DNA of 64,000 nucleotides from Callorhinchus milii (Eukaryota), in assembly GCF_018977255.1 (NCBI RefSeq), contig NW_024704749.1, forward strand, positions 8,494,001 through 8,558,000. Reading direction: 5' to 3'. Below are positions 63,104 through 64,000 of this stretch, one piece after another (the stretch's first letter is position 1; each line of letters opens with the position of its first letter). The position numbers were made by a program, and so were the translations under genes. The notes under the pieces were generated by a model. That model ran no database searches, was not told the DNA's origin, and was given only the letters and a program-made list of their open reading frames with translations.

Positions 63104-64000
63104 CTTTAAACCGTCGTTTGCTTTGAACGGCTGCCAGCAACCGTCACCCCCGGCCGCCAGGCTCGCGCAGGCGCGCAGCTCGACGGCGATGATAATAATA
63201 ATAACAACAACGACGACGACGGTAATAAACACCGGTTTATCTTTACCCATTTCGACGGCAAAATAACGTTACCGGTGCAACGGCCGGCAAAGCATTTACA
63301 AACGAACAGGGCCCTGACGTTTTTTTAAAAAAAAACCGCTATCCGTGAAAAGCAACAGAAGTCAAACGCTCGGTCCGAGTCCGACTGCTATTTTTTTAAG
63401 GGGGGGCTTCAACTATTAACGGGGAGGGAACCCGCACGCGTCATCTTAACTTGCACGGCGGGTGGGCGTTTGGGACGAGGGGCGAACTTTTAAAGTGCCG
63501 CTCCGCTTCCGATTGGTCGAGACACACGCTCGCGGCACGCGAGTCAACTGTTCGCGTCTCCGGTTGGTCCCCCGTCGCTGTCAATCACGGCAGCAAGGCA
63601 GGTTGACTGCCTCTTACCTTTTTTTTAAACGCGCGCGACAGAGGCATTTAAAAATCGGCAACTCGCTGCCGATTGGCCAGCGGTCGTGCGCGGGTTGAGG
63701 GGGGAAAGCGAGCGTGCGTGCGTTGGGGGGGGTGTGTGTGCGTACGTACGTACGTGCGTTGGGGGGGGTGGGCGTGTCCCGCGCAGCCTTGAAGGCGCGG
63801 GAGGGAGGTGTGTGTGTGTGTCTGCGCGGCGTTGGAGTCACGTGACTGGGTATTGTCACCGGTGATTTGAGGGAAAAGATACGTTTTTTTTCGCGAAAAA
63901 AAAGCACAGCGTCGATTCGACACAAAAATTATGAGGCATTCGTTAACTTGTCTAAAGGTTGGTGTCAGATCCGCGGCGTTGCGTCCGGTTTCCTTCTCGT
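63104..64000. promoter_or_regulatory. KMT5A CpG-island promoter, possibly shared with the next divergent gene
   Basis: CpG-rich; GATTGG CCAAT boxes near 63511 and 63671; palindromic E-box AGTCACGTGACT 63836-63847. Confidence 0.55.

Overview
Compact, gene-dense vertebrate genomic DNA, not prokaryotic. The dominant tRNA-head/Deu-core/L2-tail SINE and the CR1/L2 fragments suggest a cartilaginous fish, probably a chimaera such as Callorhinchus (inference). The window holds the block orthologous to human 12q24.31 in reverse orientation: ATP6V0A2 (-, 3' end outside the window), TCTN2 (-), GTF2H3 (-), EIF2B1 (+), DDX55 (-), TMED2 (-), RILPL1 (+), KMT5A/SETD8 (-). SNRNP35 and RILPL2, which lie between RILPL1 and KMT5A in human, are not seen. 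The most notable unexplained signal is a candidate extra spliced gene (+, about 20545-22460; four frame-compatible exons, about 218 aa with a coiled coil) between TCTN2 and GTF2H3. Other items: a frameshifting RILPL1 cassette exon that creates a C-terminal SLV motif, a 21-nt TMED2 microexon, a triplicated UPRE/GC-box/NRF1 module at the TMED2 start, a U12 intron in GTF2H3, a 1.5-kb minisatellite sharing a core with the SINE tail, and young SINEs nested in older SINE tails. Gene names come from my recognition of the translated exons plus synteny; no search was run. Exon coordinates were read by eye and those marked ~ are approximate.
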